Source of the DNA: Eledone cirrhosa
Lineage: Eukaryota
Length of the DNA: 64,000 nt
Assembly (NCBI GenBank): GCA_964016885.1
Contig: OZ024740.1
Location: 158,410,001-158,474,000 of the forward strand
Direction: 5' to 3'
Shown here: in pieces, positions 12,702-25,540 of the stretch
Numbering within the stretch: the first letter of the stretch is position 1
Layout of the letters: each line of letters opens with the position of its first letter
Position numbers and translations under genes: made by a program
The notes under the pieces: generated by a model
What the model was told of the DNA's origin: nothing
The model's database searches: none
What the model saw: the letters and a program-made list of their open reading frames with translations, nothing else

Positions 12702-13676
12702 AGTATGTACACGTGCATACATATATGTATACAGACGTACAGTAGTATGTATATATATATATATATATATACATAAATGCACACATATATATATGTACGT
12801 ATGGATTCACCGAACATTTATTATAATGCTCGGTGTGTTTGTAAACAAACATCCCGTATTAAGCCGTAGTGTCTAGCAACCATCGTTGCTCGTTTGTTCA
12901 ACACTGACAGAGGAACGCTGTACTAGTTTCAAGCTTATTAACTATCGTCAGCAACGTATACCTTCCTGCCAGATTGTTGAACGTAAATACTTACCTTATG
13001 CATATTAACGGCTGAGTAGCCCAATTTGCATATCGAGTGGATTAATCGGCCGGGTGCACCGAAAACGATAAACGGAAAAAATGAAACGAAATTTCATTTC
13101 CCACTCTTAGTACGGCTGTTACTTAAATATAAGTATGTACACGTACATACATATATGTATACAGACGTACAGTAGTATGTATATATATACATACATGCAC
13201 ACATATATATATGTACGTATGGATTCACCGAACATTTATTATAATGCTCGGTGTGTTTGTAAACAAACATCCCGTTTGTAAACAAACATCCACTCGATAT
13301 GCAAATTGGGCTACTCAGCCGTTAATATGCATAAGGTAAGTATATACGTCCAACAATCTGGCAGGAAGGTATACGTTGCTGACGATAGCTAATAAGCTTG
13401 AAACTAGTACAGCGTTCCTTTGTCAGTGTTGAACAAACGAGCAACGATGGTTGCTAGACACTACGGCTTAATACGGGATGTTTGTTTACAAACACACCGA
13501 GCATTATAATAAATGTTCGGTGAATCCATACGTACATATATATATGTGTGCATGTATGTATATATATATACATACTACTGTACGTCTGTATACATATATG
13601 TATGCACGTGTACATACTTATATTTAAGTAACAGCCGTACTAAGAGTGGGAAATGAAATTTCGTTTCTTTTTTTCC

Positions 13677-13682
<6 letters not shown>
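12699..13682. mobile_element. Hammerhead-bearing unit of about 430 bp, as 1.3 tandem copies plus an inverted 0.9 copy
   Basis: AAGTATGTACACGT recurs at 12701 and 13131; orientation flips near 13288; (TA)n on both sides. Confidence 0.88.
13373..13415 (+). ncRNA. Minimal type I hammerhead (minus-strand copy 12915-12957)
   Basis: ACGUUG-CUGACGA-U-AGCU-AAUA-AGCU-U-GAAA-CUAG-UA^CAGCGU; palindromic stem III ACUAGU. Confidence 0.88.
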
Positions 13683-13743
<61 letters not shown>

Positions 13744-13937
13744 CTGATAATATGCAGATATATATATATATATATATATATATGCATATTAGCAGATCCA
13801 CTGATCAGCCAGATTTGCATATCTGACTGATCAGCCAGTCTGCTAATATGCAAATCAGGCCGATCAGTCACTGTGTATTTTTGAAAATAGCATATATTTT
13901 CACTAACTCTGAGAGTTTGGCAGGTGAACAGAGTGAG

Positions 13938-13981
13938 CTGTACTGATGAAGGGTGATACCCAGACACATTAGTGTCTGCAG
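13938..13981 (+). ncRNA. Decayed hammerhead (GAAA mutated)
   Basis: CUGUA-CUGAUGA-A-GGGU-GAU-ACCC-AGA-CAC-AUUA-GUG-UC^UGCAG: all three stems pair. Confidence 0.6.
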
Positions 13982-14111
13982 TTCTGTACGGATGCCAACA
14001 CAAGAGCAAGAATGAAGTGTTCATTCTACTGACATAGCTATAAAATTGAGGCTTGTTTTCAAAATTTCAAATGAATCAAATGTTATTATTAATATTCGAA
14101 AAACTCAGATT

Positions 14112-14350
<239 letters not shown>

Positions 14351-15547
14351 GAGTCTATAAAATGTATGTGTGTGTGTATAGGTATGTGTGTGTGTGTGTG
14401 TGTGTGCTTTTTTAAAATGTTCTTTTAGTTGATAATAGTAGTGAAGTTAGATGATATTCTTTCAAAGTTATATATACTTCCAAATTATTGAAAGACTTTT
14501 CATATAAAAGATACTAAACGGTTAATATAAATGTCATACCATTTCTTCGATCAATACTCAGCTCCGTTCCATGTTTTATTCTCCTGTTTTCTTTCTCTCT
14601 TTTCTCCAATAAACATTTGAATTTCTCTTTTATGATATTTCTGTAACTTTATTTGTTATCTTTTCTACGTGCACTTTAAAAAAAAAGTGGAGAATGGAAA
14701 TTGGTAAATTGAGGAAGTTTGTCTGTTCCTACAGGCATGGAATCGTGAAGAGAATTCCAATGACAATGACTTTATTTTTAAAATGTATAGAAAATCTATG
14801 GTTTTCAAGGGTCAATGGTTCAAATTGAGAGAAAGACTGAATGAATTTCTTCGTTCGTATGCCAACATGATTCCTTATTTCAAAATTCTAAAACGTATAA
14901 TGAAACCTACTCGAGAAGAATCTAACACAATCACTAAGAACACAAACATAGACACTGCTACCAGTACTACAAGAAACGAAACAAATATGATGCTAAAAAT
15001 ATTTAAAAAACATACACAGCCACATCCACCATCATTACTACCACTACCACCACCACAACTACCAGACGTCTTTTAATATGTATTACAAATATAAGCGTAG
15101 ATAAAATAATTTATTCCACTTAAAAGAGAAAAAACATCATACATCAAATTACAGAATTTAGAAAATCCAAAGACTAAAAGTGATAAAGCAACAAAGTTTC
15201 AAATGCCAGTGCAAATAGGGAGGATATATTCAAGAAAAAAATGACCTGGTCATGTCTGAAACGCCTTTTATCAGTCAGGGATGACACAGAGCCAAACAAT
15301 AACTTGAAAGGTACTTGCAAATCTAGAGAAAATGAAATACGCTGTCATTATGGGCACCTCGGAAGAATCTACTAGAGTTTTGTGCAAATAGATAAACATT
15401 CGAATGCTTTGCAGAACATCATATCCAAGGATGGCATGTATTGGAACTATAGATATCAATATGCTCATTTGAAGAGAACACGTCGCAGTTACAAATGATA
15501 AAAAGCTTTGTCTATCAACACACAAGAATATTTTTAATAATAAACAT

Positions 15548-15722
15548 AATTGTTTCTACTTTTGGCACAAGGTCAGCAATTATCCCAGTGCATTACTGGT
15601 ACTTTATCGACCCCGTAAGGATGAAAGGCAAAGTTAACCTCGGCGGGATTTGAACTCAGACCGTAAAGGGACGTAACTATGCTGGAAAGCATGGTGTCCG
15701 ACCCTCTACCGATACTGCCAAA
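15548..15722 (-). mobile_element. Nin-domain SINE
   Basis: Reverse complement of the 7021 family. Confidence 0.88.
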
Positions 15723-16582
15723 TTAACATGATATGGCCACCTTATATATTACCTCATATGCAGTACCATAATAACTATTATGATTTCTAATCTGGGCACA
15801 AAGAGAGCAATTTCAGTGGGAGGTAGAAATTAATTAAATCGACTCCAGAGCATCACTGGTGTTTTATTTTATCGACGCCAGATTTATATTTTCAAAAATT
15901 ACACATTTCAGTTTTTCTTTATTTTTTCTTTGTGTTTTTCTTTATTATTATTTATTTATTTATTTATTCATTTACTATTCGTTTTTATTTACTTTTGTAA
16001 TGCAAGTCAAGTGTAATTATTTATCATTTAAAACAGGTGAAAATAGCTAGCCTGTATGTCATTTGACATTGTTTTATAAACTAACATTTATATCCTTGTT
16101 TTTCTTTGCTGTTCTCTTCCTAAAGTAAAAACATAGGTGTTGGCATATTTATAGTCATACTGACATATAATACAACTAATGTCGGTGATATTTTTTGACG
16201 GAGAGGGTTATGAAGACATACTGAGAAATCCTGTGGAATATGGACAAGACATATCAAAAACATCCTGTATTTTGAATATTAAGGAATACTACATTTTCCA
16301 GTATATCCTTTTTTGTTAAAGAGAGTAATGCGGGATTTGAGAGCTTTTTGGCTGACATTTCTAGCAAATTAAACGACCACATAGAAATTCCCCTAATTTC
16401 TGAGCTTGTACATATAGGCACAGACACCGCCTTGCGGTTAAAATCGTTTCCCGTTCACTTGGTCTGACAATCACTTATGCGAGGTGGCCCCTTAGGCAAG
16501 TGTCTTCTACTATACCCATGGGTCGAATAATGCCTAGTGAGTAAAGTTGTTTGGTAGACAGAAACAATGTGGAAGCCCGTCT

Positions 16583-16652
<70 letters not shown>

Positions 16653-16813
16653 GTAGGAAAGTAACACACGAGTTGATATATATAAAAACAAATAGTAGAG
16701 AGGAAAAAGATTTTTTCAATAGAAAATGGTGAAGAGATTCTTTCAGTATAATATCAAAACATTTATTTATAAAGTGGATATTTGTTATAAATATGCAACA
16801 TTATGCATATCCG

Positions 16814-16849
16814 CAGTTGAAAAGGCATATAATGCTGAAACCGGTATTA
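16814..16849 (+). ncRNA. Hammerhead variant with UUGAAAA core
   Basis: UUGAAAA-GGCAU-AUA-AUGCU-GAAA-CCGG-UA; stem I weak. Confidence 0.6.
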
Positions 16850-16859
16850 TTAAATGCGG

Positions 16860-16892
<33 letters not shown>

Positions 16893-16896
<4 letters not shown>

Positions 16897-18130
16897 GGTT
16901 TGAAGGTTCACCACTGGATAGAGCTGGTCATTCCGTATGGTCAATCTTGATGTAATAATATGGAGAGTACTCAACGTAAAGCAGCTCAACCGTCTTCGTT
17001 TGTGTAGTCGGTGGTGCGAGTACGGAGTTAAATATTATAATAAAATAACAGGAGGCTGGACTTGTGTAAATCCTTGAAAGGTTTATTATACTATGATCAT
17101 TTCAATGACCGGATTCCGTATGAATCCGGTGATATCATCAGGTATTCGAAATATAATAAATGCATGTAACAGATAAAATCCATGGGGCTGTAAATCATAG
17201 ATCCGAGGACGACCGACCATGTAGCATCCTCCACTTTAGCCGGTCGCCCTCAAGTGTTGGCTATTCGGTCTACTTAAGGCTATCTGGTGAGGGGGCGAAA
17301 GCTTATAATGTGCTACTCCCGGTCAAAGAGAGAAAAAAAAAATAAGACAGAAAGAAAGAGGAAAACTCAGCGTTAATGTCATGTTACAATCAGGCTAGGA
17401 ATTGCCGCGAAAAATGTTATTCTAAAGAACCTATATCTTAACAGAGGTATATATTATTAAAAATGTTCATAAAAGACTCTCTCTGTAAATTATTTAACTA
17501 AATCTCGCAACCCAAACCATAATTTTTTTTTAAACTTTTTAATTTTCAATGTTTTTAATTTTTTAATTTCATTCTTAAATATGATTTTTTAAATTTCATT
17601 CTATAAATCTAAAAAATAATTTAACGTTCCAATTTGCTGTTCACACATTATACCATGGAGACGCCCACTATATATACCTCTGTTATAATATATACCTCTG
17701 TTATAATATATACCTCTGTTAAGATATAGGTTCTTTAGAATAAAATTTTTCGCGGCAATTCCCAGCCTGATTGTAACATGACATTAACGCTGAGTTTTCT
17801 TCTTTCTGTCTTTTTTTTTTTTTTTTTTTTTTTTGACCGGGAGGTTAGTAGCACATTATAAGCTTTCGCCCCCTCACCAGATAGCCTTAAGTAGACCGAA
17901 TAGCCAGCACTTGAGGGCGACCGGCTAAAGTGGAGGATGCTAGATGGTTGGTCGTCCTCGGATCTATGATTTTCAGCCCCATGAATTTTATCTGTTACAT
18001 TCATTTATTATATTTCGAATACCTGATGATATCACTGGATTCATACGGAACCCGGTCATTGAAATGATCATAGTATAATAAACCTTTCAAGGATTTACAC
18101 AAGCCATCCTCCTGTTATTTTATTATAATA
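16893..18130. mobile_element. Non-coding element with about 425-bp inverted arms (17031-17455 and 17705-18130) and a hammerhead in each arm
   Basis: Arms are near reverse complements; 19-bp triplication at about 17669-17720; (TA)n flanks; second copy at 25803-26200. Confidence 0.88.
18019..18076 (+). ncRNA. Type I hammerhead with long stem II (minus copies 17088-17145 and 25998-26055)
   Basis: AUAC-CUGAUGA-U-AUCACUGGAUUC-AUACG-GAACCCGGUCAU-U-GAAA-UGAUCA-UA^GUAU; palindromic stem III AUGAUCAU. Confidence 0.85.
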
Positions 18131-18194
18131 TATATATATATATATATATAAGTCCAAGACAAGAGGTTAAAATTAACTTCGCTTATTCATAGTC

Positions 18195-18253
18195 GCTGTT
18201 ATATATATTTCGGTGATAACCGTTATGCAACATCTATGGCCTCATCGGACAGC
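18195..18253 (-). ncRNA. Hammerhead-like motif (relative at 25582-25626, minus strand)
   Basis: GCUGU-CCGAUGA-GG...CC-GAAA-UAUAUA-UA^ACAGC. The relative has stem I ACUGC/GCAGU with CUGAUGA, i.e. covarying stem I; each copy has one core mutation. Confidence 0.7.
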
Positions 18254-18425
18254 TAGAATTGGAATAGCAAAAACAGAAACACACTTTTGTTTGTCTACAG
18301 AGGTTCTTTACCCGATTTATTCAACTATTATTTATAGTTATCAACTATTATTATAGTTACCTTGATTATGACGACTGTATTTTCAAATTTCAAATCCTCC
18401 AAATATTCTGAAAGTAAGCTAAATG

Positions 18426-18481
<56 letters not shown>

Positions 18482-18939
18482 TAAGTATGAAAAATCAGTG
18501 CCATTACAAAAGGTTATATTAGTATAAAGCGTATAAAAAGTTAGAGAAGGATCTTGACCTTTCGGGCGTTAGTCCTTCATCGCAAGGTAGATAGATACCG
18601 AGAGAAAACTTGGAGAGTAGAAAAGAAAGACAGACGAGAGAGAGAGAAAAAGGAACACGGAGAAAAGAAAAAGAGGTTAATCGTGTGAAGGTAGTTGGCG
18701 TGCATTGAAGCATGGTGTTCCTTGGAAAGTTTTAGTGTGTATATCTGTTATGCGTAGAAGAGAGAGAAAAATGTATGTGTTGCATGTGTAAGAGATATAA
18801 AAAGAATGTGAGCGCGTGCGTGTGTGTGTGTGTGCACGCACGTGCATGTGCTTGTGAGTTATTGTCAGTTGTGTGAATTCATAGATGAATCGCGACGTTA
18901 ACTAGCAAAGTAATGTGTGAGTAAGTAGTGTGTGTAGCT

Positions 18940-19056
18940 GGTGAGTTCAAATCCCGCCGAGGTTAACTTTGCCTTTCATCCTTACGGGGTCGATAAAATA
19001 AAGTACCAGTAATGTACTGGGTAATTGCTGGCCTTGTGCCTAAAGTAGAAACAATT
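18940..19056 (+). mobile_element. 5'-truncated Nin-domain SINE
   Basis: B box plus core plus 3' tail of the 7021 family. Confidence 0.88.
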
Positions 19057-19124
19057 AAATATATCTACTTTGTTTTACAATAAAATGTCAGCTTTCGATT
19101 TTGTCGTGGAAAGCCTTATATCTA

Positions 19125-20210
19125 AATTCAGGTTTAGGATTAGTGTTAGGGTTAGATTTAACGTAAGCGATTAGAGTATGGTTAAGATTAGACCTAGAGT
19201 TACAGATGGATTCGGATAAGACGTTGAGTTAGGTTTAGAGTTAAGATTAGTATTAAGGTTAAAATTTGATTAGGATTTGGTTCGTATAGTGTTAAGATTA
19301 ACCCTTTAGCATTTAATCCGGTCGTATCCGGACAAAATTCTCTCACTTATGTCTCTTCAAACCCGATGTAACCGGCCATTCATACTGGTGTTAAGGTATT
19401 GTTCTCAAAATAAATAATATCAAAATCTCATAGATAATGATTCATTTATCATAATATAATAGTAAATATAGAGTAATGTGAATGCTAAAGGGTTAAAGTA
19501 AAGGTTTGGGTTAGGATTATGTTTAGAATTAAGTTTAGGGTTAAGATTAGTGCCCGCGTTATTTTCAAGATTTGAGTTAGGTTTAGGTTTAACTTTAGGC
19601 TTAGTAATACGCTTAATGTTGAGAATAAAATTGGTTTGTTTTTCGGTTAAGATTTTTAATAATGTGAAAATGTTTCAGATTTTGTGACTTAGCTTAGGGT
19701 TAAGATCAGATTAAGGGTTAGGATTAAGATTAGAATTACGGATAATTAGGGTTAATGTTAGGGTTAGGGCTAGCTATAGGTTTAGGGTTAGTGTAAGTCT
19801 TAGTTTAAGAGATAGAGTTGTCAGGGTTAAGCATAGGTTTAGGATTAAGATTGGATTAAATGTTAATATTAGGGTTATATTTAGGGTTAAGTTTAAATTT
19901 AATTTTAAAGTTAAGTGTTAGAGTTATGATAGGGTCAGTGTTAAGATGATGGTAGGGTTAGGGATGGGTTTAGGTTTACGGTTAGAGTTATTTTTAGAAT
20001 TAAGATTAAGGGTTACCGTTAGGATTAGAGATAGGATTATTGATAAGTTTTGAGTTAGGGATAATTTTAGCTTTAGGCTTAGGGTTAGGTTTATGATTAG
20101 TTATAGAGTTACTGTTAGGTTTTAATTTAGTTTTAAATTTTAGGTTTTGAGTAAGGTTTATCGTTTGGATTAGATTCCTCATTACGGTTAGGTTTATGGT
20201 TAGAATTAGG
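19125..20210 (+). repeat. Degenerate (TTAGGG)n-like repeat
   Basis: Six-base periodic GGGTTA/AGGTTT/AGATTA variants. Confidence 0.85.
19302..19492. mobile_element. piggyBac-type MITE
   Basis: TTAA|CCCTTTAGCATT ... AATGCTAAAGGG|TTAA. Confidence 0.85.
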
Positions 20211-20309
20211 GATAAATGAGGAGAAAATGTTTAGATAGGGCAATTTCATTTATGCACATATAGTAAAACGTTTTTTCAGCAAACGGTTTTTTAGCAAAAC
20301 TTAAAGCTA

Positions 20310-21265
20310 ACAATAGTGTTAACCCTATATTGAAATTTAAACCTAACCCTAAACCAAAACTCCACGCTAAACCTAACCTTAAATATAGACTAACCATAAA
20401 CCTAACCCTAACCCTGACCATAACCCTAAATCTAAACTTAAGCCAAACACTAGCTTTAATCATTACTTTAATCCTAACGCTACTTACACTAAACGTAAAC
20501 CTGAACAGAAACTTAACCCTAAAACTAACATTAACTCTGATTCTAATTGAAACCAAAACCTAAACCTAATATAGCCCCTAGCCCTAAACCAAAACTTAAC
20601 AATAACACTACACCTAAACTCATCCCTAGCCTTAACCCGAAATTTAAAACAAAAGCTAACATTAAAGCTAACATACTCCCTGACCCTTAACCTAACTCCT
20701 AACACCAACCCTAAACCCAAAGCCATCCCTAATCCGATCTTGAAACCTAACCCCAAGAATAACACTAATCCTAAGAGTAAAGGTAACCCTAAAGCTAACC
20801 CTAACCTTAACGTTAACCCTAACTTTGTCTCAAACATTAAGTTTAATTCTAACACTAATCCTAACCATAGCCCTTATCCAAAACATGCCCCTAACCGTAG
20901 CGCTATCCCTAACTCTAAACCTAACTCTAATACTAACTGTAAAACTAACACTAACATTATTACTAACCCTGACACTAATACTAGTAGTTCTAGCCTTTGC
21001 TTTAAATCTAAGAGTAAACCTAACCCTAAACTAAACCCTAACACTAAACCTAAGAGCAAACTTAACTCTAAACTAAACCCTAACCTTAACCCTAACATTA
21101 ACGTTATCTCTAATCCTAACCGTAGCCCTAAATCTAAACATAAACATTACTAACCTAACCCTAACGCTAATCCTAATCCTAGCCCTAACCCTAACCCTAG
21201 CTTTTTCTCTAAATTTAACCCTAACACTAAACACTACCCTAATATTAACTCTAAACCTAACTCTT
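20310..21265 (-). repeat. Degenerate (CCCTAA)n-like repeat, opposite orientation to 19125-20210
   Basis: CCTAACCCTAAACC-type 6-mer periodicity. Confidence 0.85.
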
Positions 21266-21797
21266 CTTCAATATTCTATTTATTCAGAATAAACAAAATA
21301 TTGAAGGAGAAAATGCTTAAATAATATATATATAGAGAGAGATATCCAAAATTAAAATTAATGACGTTGTGCGATGTGTGTATTTTTAAAAAAATGCAAC
21401 ACGTGGTTCGAGTCATTCACAGATTTGCATTTGCTTTGTAAACGTAGATGGTTATCTTCTTCTCCTTTGGTGAACATCCAAGAATTTAACTGCTGTGATT
21501 TACGGATTAATAGGTGAAATATATTTCTTACTTAAAGAAATATATACAAAGGAGATTCATCATTTTATAAGGTATCTATATTTGAAGTTCTAGTTAAACT
21601 TTAATTAGTTACCTACCTAGCTATGTATGCTTACATTCTTTACAAATTATTCCCTGTGATTGTTCCATATGTTTATTTTATATATATATATATATGTCAA
21701 TCTATTTCTAGTTGATATATATATATATATATATATTACTGTAGGTTACTGTACGAGTTACTGTAGGTTCACCCGAGTGAGCACTCGATGTTTAGGC

Positions 21798-21859
<62 letters not shown>

Positions 21860-22252
21860 GTTTAGGTTTGAGCAAAAGTTTTTTTAGAAAGGTAATAGGG
21901 TTAAAATGTTTCTCCTTATTCACTCAGTTTTATTATATTTGCATCTTCCTGTAGAAAGCGTAAAACTGTTTTTAAAATATTTTAGATTTCAGAGGACTTC
22001 TTTCAGAAGAAGAAGAAGAAGAAGAAGAAGAGTAGGATTGGCCCCGTGCAAAACCTTTCCTCACTTAAAAAAGCTTCAAGCACAGGCATCGCTTGATATG
22101 ACATGGTTTGCGATGTACGGCATTGCTGGTCATAGCCAAGTTCTTAGCAGGGCTAAAAGGCTACGTCCGTGATGCTCATGCTTAAGAATCAAGCAATGGC
22201 ATTACACGAAATAGAGTTGCAGCCATCATCATCATGATGTATATATATATAT

Positions 22253-22350
22253 GTATGGTGAACTAACTGTTGTGTAACCACTTCTACCAACTCGTCCCAT
22301 GGACTGAGTGCTCTACCACTACGGATATTACCTTCGAGTGTTCTACCACT
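22253..22350 (+). mobile_element. Solo fragment of the pLTR of the 11.1-12.0 kb Penelope, embedded in (TA)n
   Basis: Matches 11903-11996. Confidence 0.85.
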
Positions 22351-22604
22351 ATATATATATATATATATATATAATTGGTGTGGGATGCTTAAAGTGTCCG
22401 TTAGCGGTATGCCGTTTGAGCACTCGATGCTCTTACAGTTTGGAAACTCTGCCTCGTAGAATCGAGACGTATCTGAGAACCTTGCGATTTCACAGTCAGG
22501 TTTGATCATTACATCGATCGTGCATCGAGCTGGTTGCCAGAGAAACGATTGTATTATGTCTAATAATTTTTATTCGTCGCAACACTGATTCTCCGTTTCT
22601 TATG

Positions 22605-22664
<60 letters not shown>

Positions 22665-22719
22665 GTGAGGTTTTTTTTACAAAATGAAAAATAACCGAAG
22701 TGTCCTACACGAGTGAAAG

Positions 22720-23540
22720 TATAAAGAAAAAGAGATGAAATCGAAAATGCAACTGGAGTCTTATTTTTTAAAAAAAATATATATATTTATTTGGTTCCTA
22801 TACCGGTTTCGCAGTTCTTCTGCTTTTCAAAAGGTGAGTTGAGATGGAGGGTCTGTGGTTTTTCTCACATCTGGTTGGTCTCTGAATGTTACTTGTTTTA
22901 TATGGAAAAAGTGGCTCGAAATGCCAGGTTTTTCGAGAAGTAATTTGATTGGTTTGTCAATAATTATAATAAATTTCGCGCCAGTTCACGTTACAATAGT
23001 TCTTCAAATAAGAGGGGGGGGGGGTTGTCACAGGTTATTTTTTCATATATGAGTGTTTGAATTTCTTTTTACTTGAAAAAAGGAGGCTCACGAAGGCTTT
23101 TTTTTGATTGTTTATAAATGAAATTATGGCTGTCACGTGAACCAACCAAAAAAAAGCCTTCGTGAGCCTCCTTTTTTCAAGTAAAAAGAAATTCAAACAC
23201 TCATATATGAAAAAATAACCTGTGACAACCCCCCCCCCCCCCCCCCTCTTATTTGAAGAACTATTGTAACGCGAACTGGCGCGAAATTTATTATAATTAT
23301 TGACAAACCAATCAAATTACTTCTCGAAAAACCTGGCATTTCGAGCCACTTTTTCCATATAAAACAAGTAACATTCAGAGACCAACCAGATGTGAGAAAA
23401 ACCACAGACCCTCCATCTCAACTCACCTTTTGAAAAGCAGAAGAACTGCGAAACCGGTAAAGGAACCAAATAAATATATATATTTAAAAAAAAAAATAAG
23501 ACTCCAGTTGCATTTTCGATTTCATCTCTTTTTCTTTATA
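22720..23540. repeat. Long hairpin (about 390-bp arms, about 40-nt spacer) with a variant hammerhead in each arm
   Basis: 22720-23106 is the reverse complement of 23147-23540. Confidence 0.93.
23426..23463 (+). ncRNA. Hammerhead with U3-A8 core variant (minus copy 22797-22834)
   Basis: CCUU-UUGAAAA-GCAG-AAGAA-CUGC-GAAA-CCGG-UA^AAGG: perfect stems I and II, palindromic ACCGGU. Confidence 0.8.
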
Positions 23541-23795
23541 TATATATATATTTATATAACGATATCAATATAGTTATAAGAACACCCCCACTAGAGAGCA
23601 CTAACAAGTTTGATTTAGAACGTAGCACGATGGAAAGCATCCAGCAGATAGCTAATTCCATACACCAGAGTATAACTAACTATAGACTTCCCTTCCAAAC
23701 ACCCTAACAATAGACTACCTGTATTAGACACAGAACTCTGGATTAACACTATAGACGAGAGAGCCCAAATTCTCCACTCACACTATGCTAAACCC

Positions 23796-24707
23796 ATGGC
23801 CTCCAAATACCTGATACTCAAAAACTCAGCAATGTCCAGTAGTGCTAAGTTTAATATTCTGATCGCAGATTTGGTACGAGTGATGAAGAATGTGTCCAGC
23901 ATGTGCGACCCAACAGAAATGGAAGGACACATCCAACACTTCATCAACCGCATGCAGTTCTCTGGCTACAACCAAAGAGACAGAGTCAGAGTATACGAAG
24001 GAGCCATGGAAAAGTATAAGACCCCCATAGAACTGGACATGAAAGGAATTTGCCCACTATACAGGAGCAAATCATGGAATAGCTTAGATAGGGCTAGACA
24101 TAAGATAGGGAAGGCCACATCATGGTACGACAACCAGAGATATCAGAGTGTCATGTTTGTGGACGCCACCCCTGGAGGGAAATTAGCTAACCAGTGTAGA
24201 AAGGCCCTGAGAAAGACCCACTTAAAAATAAAGGTGGTAGAAAAGCCAGGAACCACCATAAAATCCCTGATCAGCAAAACCTACCCTTTTAAGAAAACCC
24301 ACTGTACCAATAGGAAATGTATCATATGTAAGGTGAACCCCCGGATAAACTGTAAAACTAGAAACGTAGTCTATAGCATAAGATGTACAGAGGGTACTTG
24401 CAGAAACACGACAACAACATACGTAGGTGAGACAGCTCGTAGCATAGGTGAAAGGATAGACCAACACTGGGGGGAACTAAAAGGACGAAAAAACGGGTCA
24501 GTACTATACGAACATGCTAGACAACATCATGACGGTAACATAGACAACATAGAAATTAGAATAATATCTAAACATAGGAATGACCCAGCAGATAGGCAAA
24601 TCAGAGAGGCCAGTGAAATAGAAATTAGAAGACCAAAGCTAAACAGAAAGAATGAGTGGAACAACAACAACACCCAAACAAACAACACTGACCTAAGAGA
24701 AGTATAA
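23796..24707 (+). CDS. Penelope-like polyprotein C-terminal part (RT thumb, Cys-rich linker, GIY-YIG endonuclease), truncated
   Basis: MQFSGY, KVVEKPG, CTNRKCIIC, CKTRNVVYSIRC, YVGETARSIGERIDQH, RQIREA.EI...P.LN. Confidence 0.88.
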   Translation: MASKYLILKNSAMSSSAKFNILIADLVRVMKNVSSMCDPTEMEGHIQHFINRMQFSGYNQRDRVRVYEGAMEKYKTPIELDMKGICPLYRSKSWNSLDRARHKIGKATSWYDNQRYQSVMFVDATPGGKLANQCRKALRKTHLKIKVVEKPGTTIKSLISKTYPFKKTHCTNRKCIICKVNPRINCKTRNVVYSIRCTEGTCRNTTTTYVGETARSIGERIDQHWGELKGRKNGSVLYEHARQHHDGNIDNIEIRIISKHRNDPADRQIREASEIEIRRPKLNRKNEWNNNNTQTNNTDLREV

Positions 24708-24971
24708 ATAAATAAGTAAATTAAATTAAATAAAATAAGATAAATAAATACATACACAAGCACATAAACACACACTAGTCACCCAGCAGACACAACACTA
24801 TACACACTAGTCACACATCACACACTATACACACACGCAAACGCATGCGCAAAGAAGACAAAATAAAATAAGATAAACAAACAAGCAAATAAATAAATAA
24901 ATATATAGACAGACTGAACAAAAAAAAAAATGGCGTAGACATACAACACAACAGGAGGAACAATGAATATA

Positions 24972-25014
24972 ACACCACTGACGATGTTGCAGATGTGCAA
25001 CGAAAGATTTATGT
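24972..25014 (+). ncRNA. Hammerhead-like motif in the Penelope 3' region; stem I decayed
   Basis: CUGACGA-U-GUUGCA-GAUG-UGCAAC-GAAA-GAUUUA. Confidence 0.6.
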
Positions 25015-25449
25015 AAACTATATATATATGTGTTTGTCTATATTGTATCTGTATTATTTTTGACCGCCGGTCAGTCAATGGCAACATTGAGGACCGAGTA
25101 AGTTAGATCGCAGATATATATATATAAAAGACAGCGAGAAGCGAAAACCAACCAAACAGTGAGTGTGTTCTGTTATTAATTCTGGCAATATTACGCAAAT
25201 ATGACCTTCCCCAAATATAACAATATCTGTTTCGACACACGATTTCATATAAAAAACCTCGCAAAACTATATATATATATATATATATATATGAAAAGAA
25301 TCAGGATCCCGTTTCGACAGTTAGATTCGAAACGGCCGTAGCTCACCCATCGGGGTCCTGACTCTTTTGATATTACCCACTCTACTACCCCAAGTATCGA
25401 GTACTTTGGTCCGTTATGGTCCACCTTGTATCTTATCACACTCTCTTTG

Positions 25450-25540
<91 letters not shown>

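Larger units (their letters stand above)
23560..25110 (+). mobile_element. 5'-truncated Penelope-like element
   Basis: Upstream frameshifted IANSIH..IDFPS...LPVLD (RT end), long ORF, and a 3' region with a hammerhead-like motif. Confidence 0.9.

Noticed and set aside
20206-21153. NP-rich, LT-rich and LG-rich ORFs
   Set aside because: They are translations of the degenerate TTAGGG/CCCTAA repeat.
22855-23405. Duplicated 65-70 aa ORFs on opposite strands (similarly 17160, 17735 and 26070)
   Set aside because: They follow from the inverted repeats and show no protein features.
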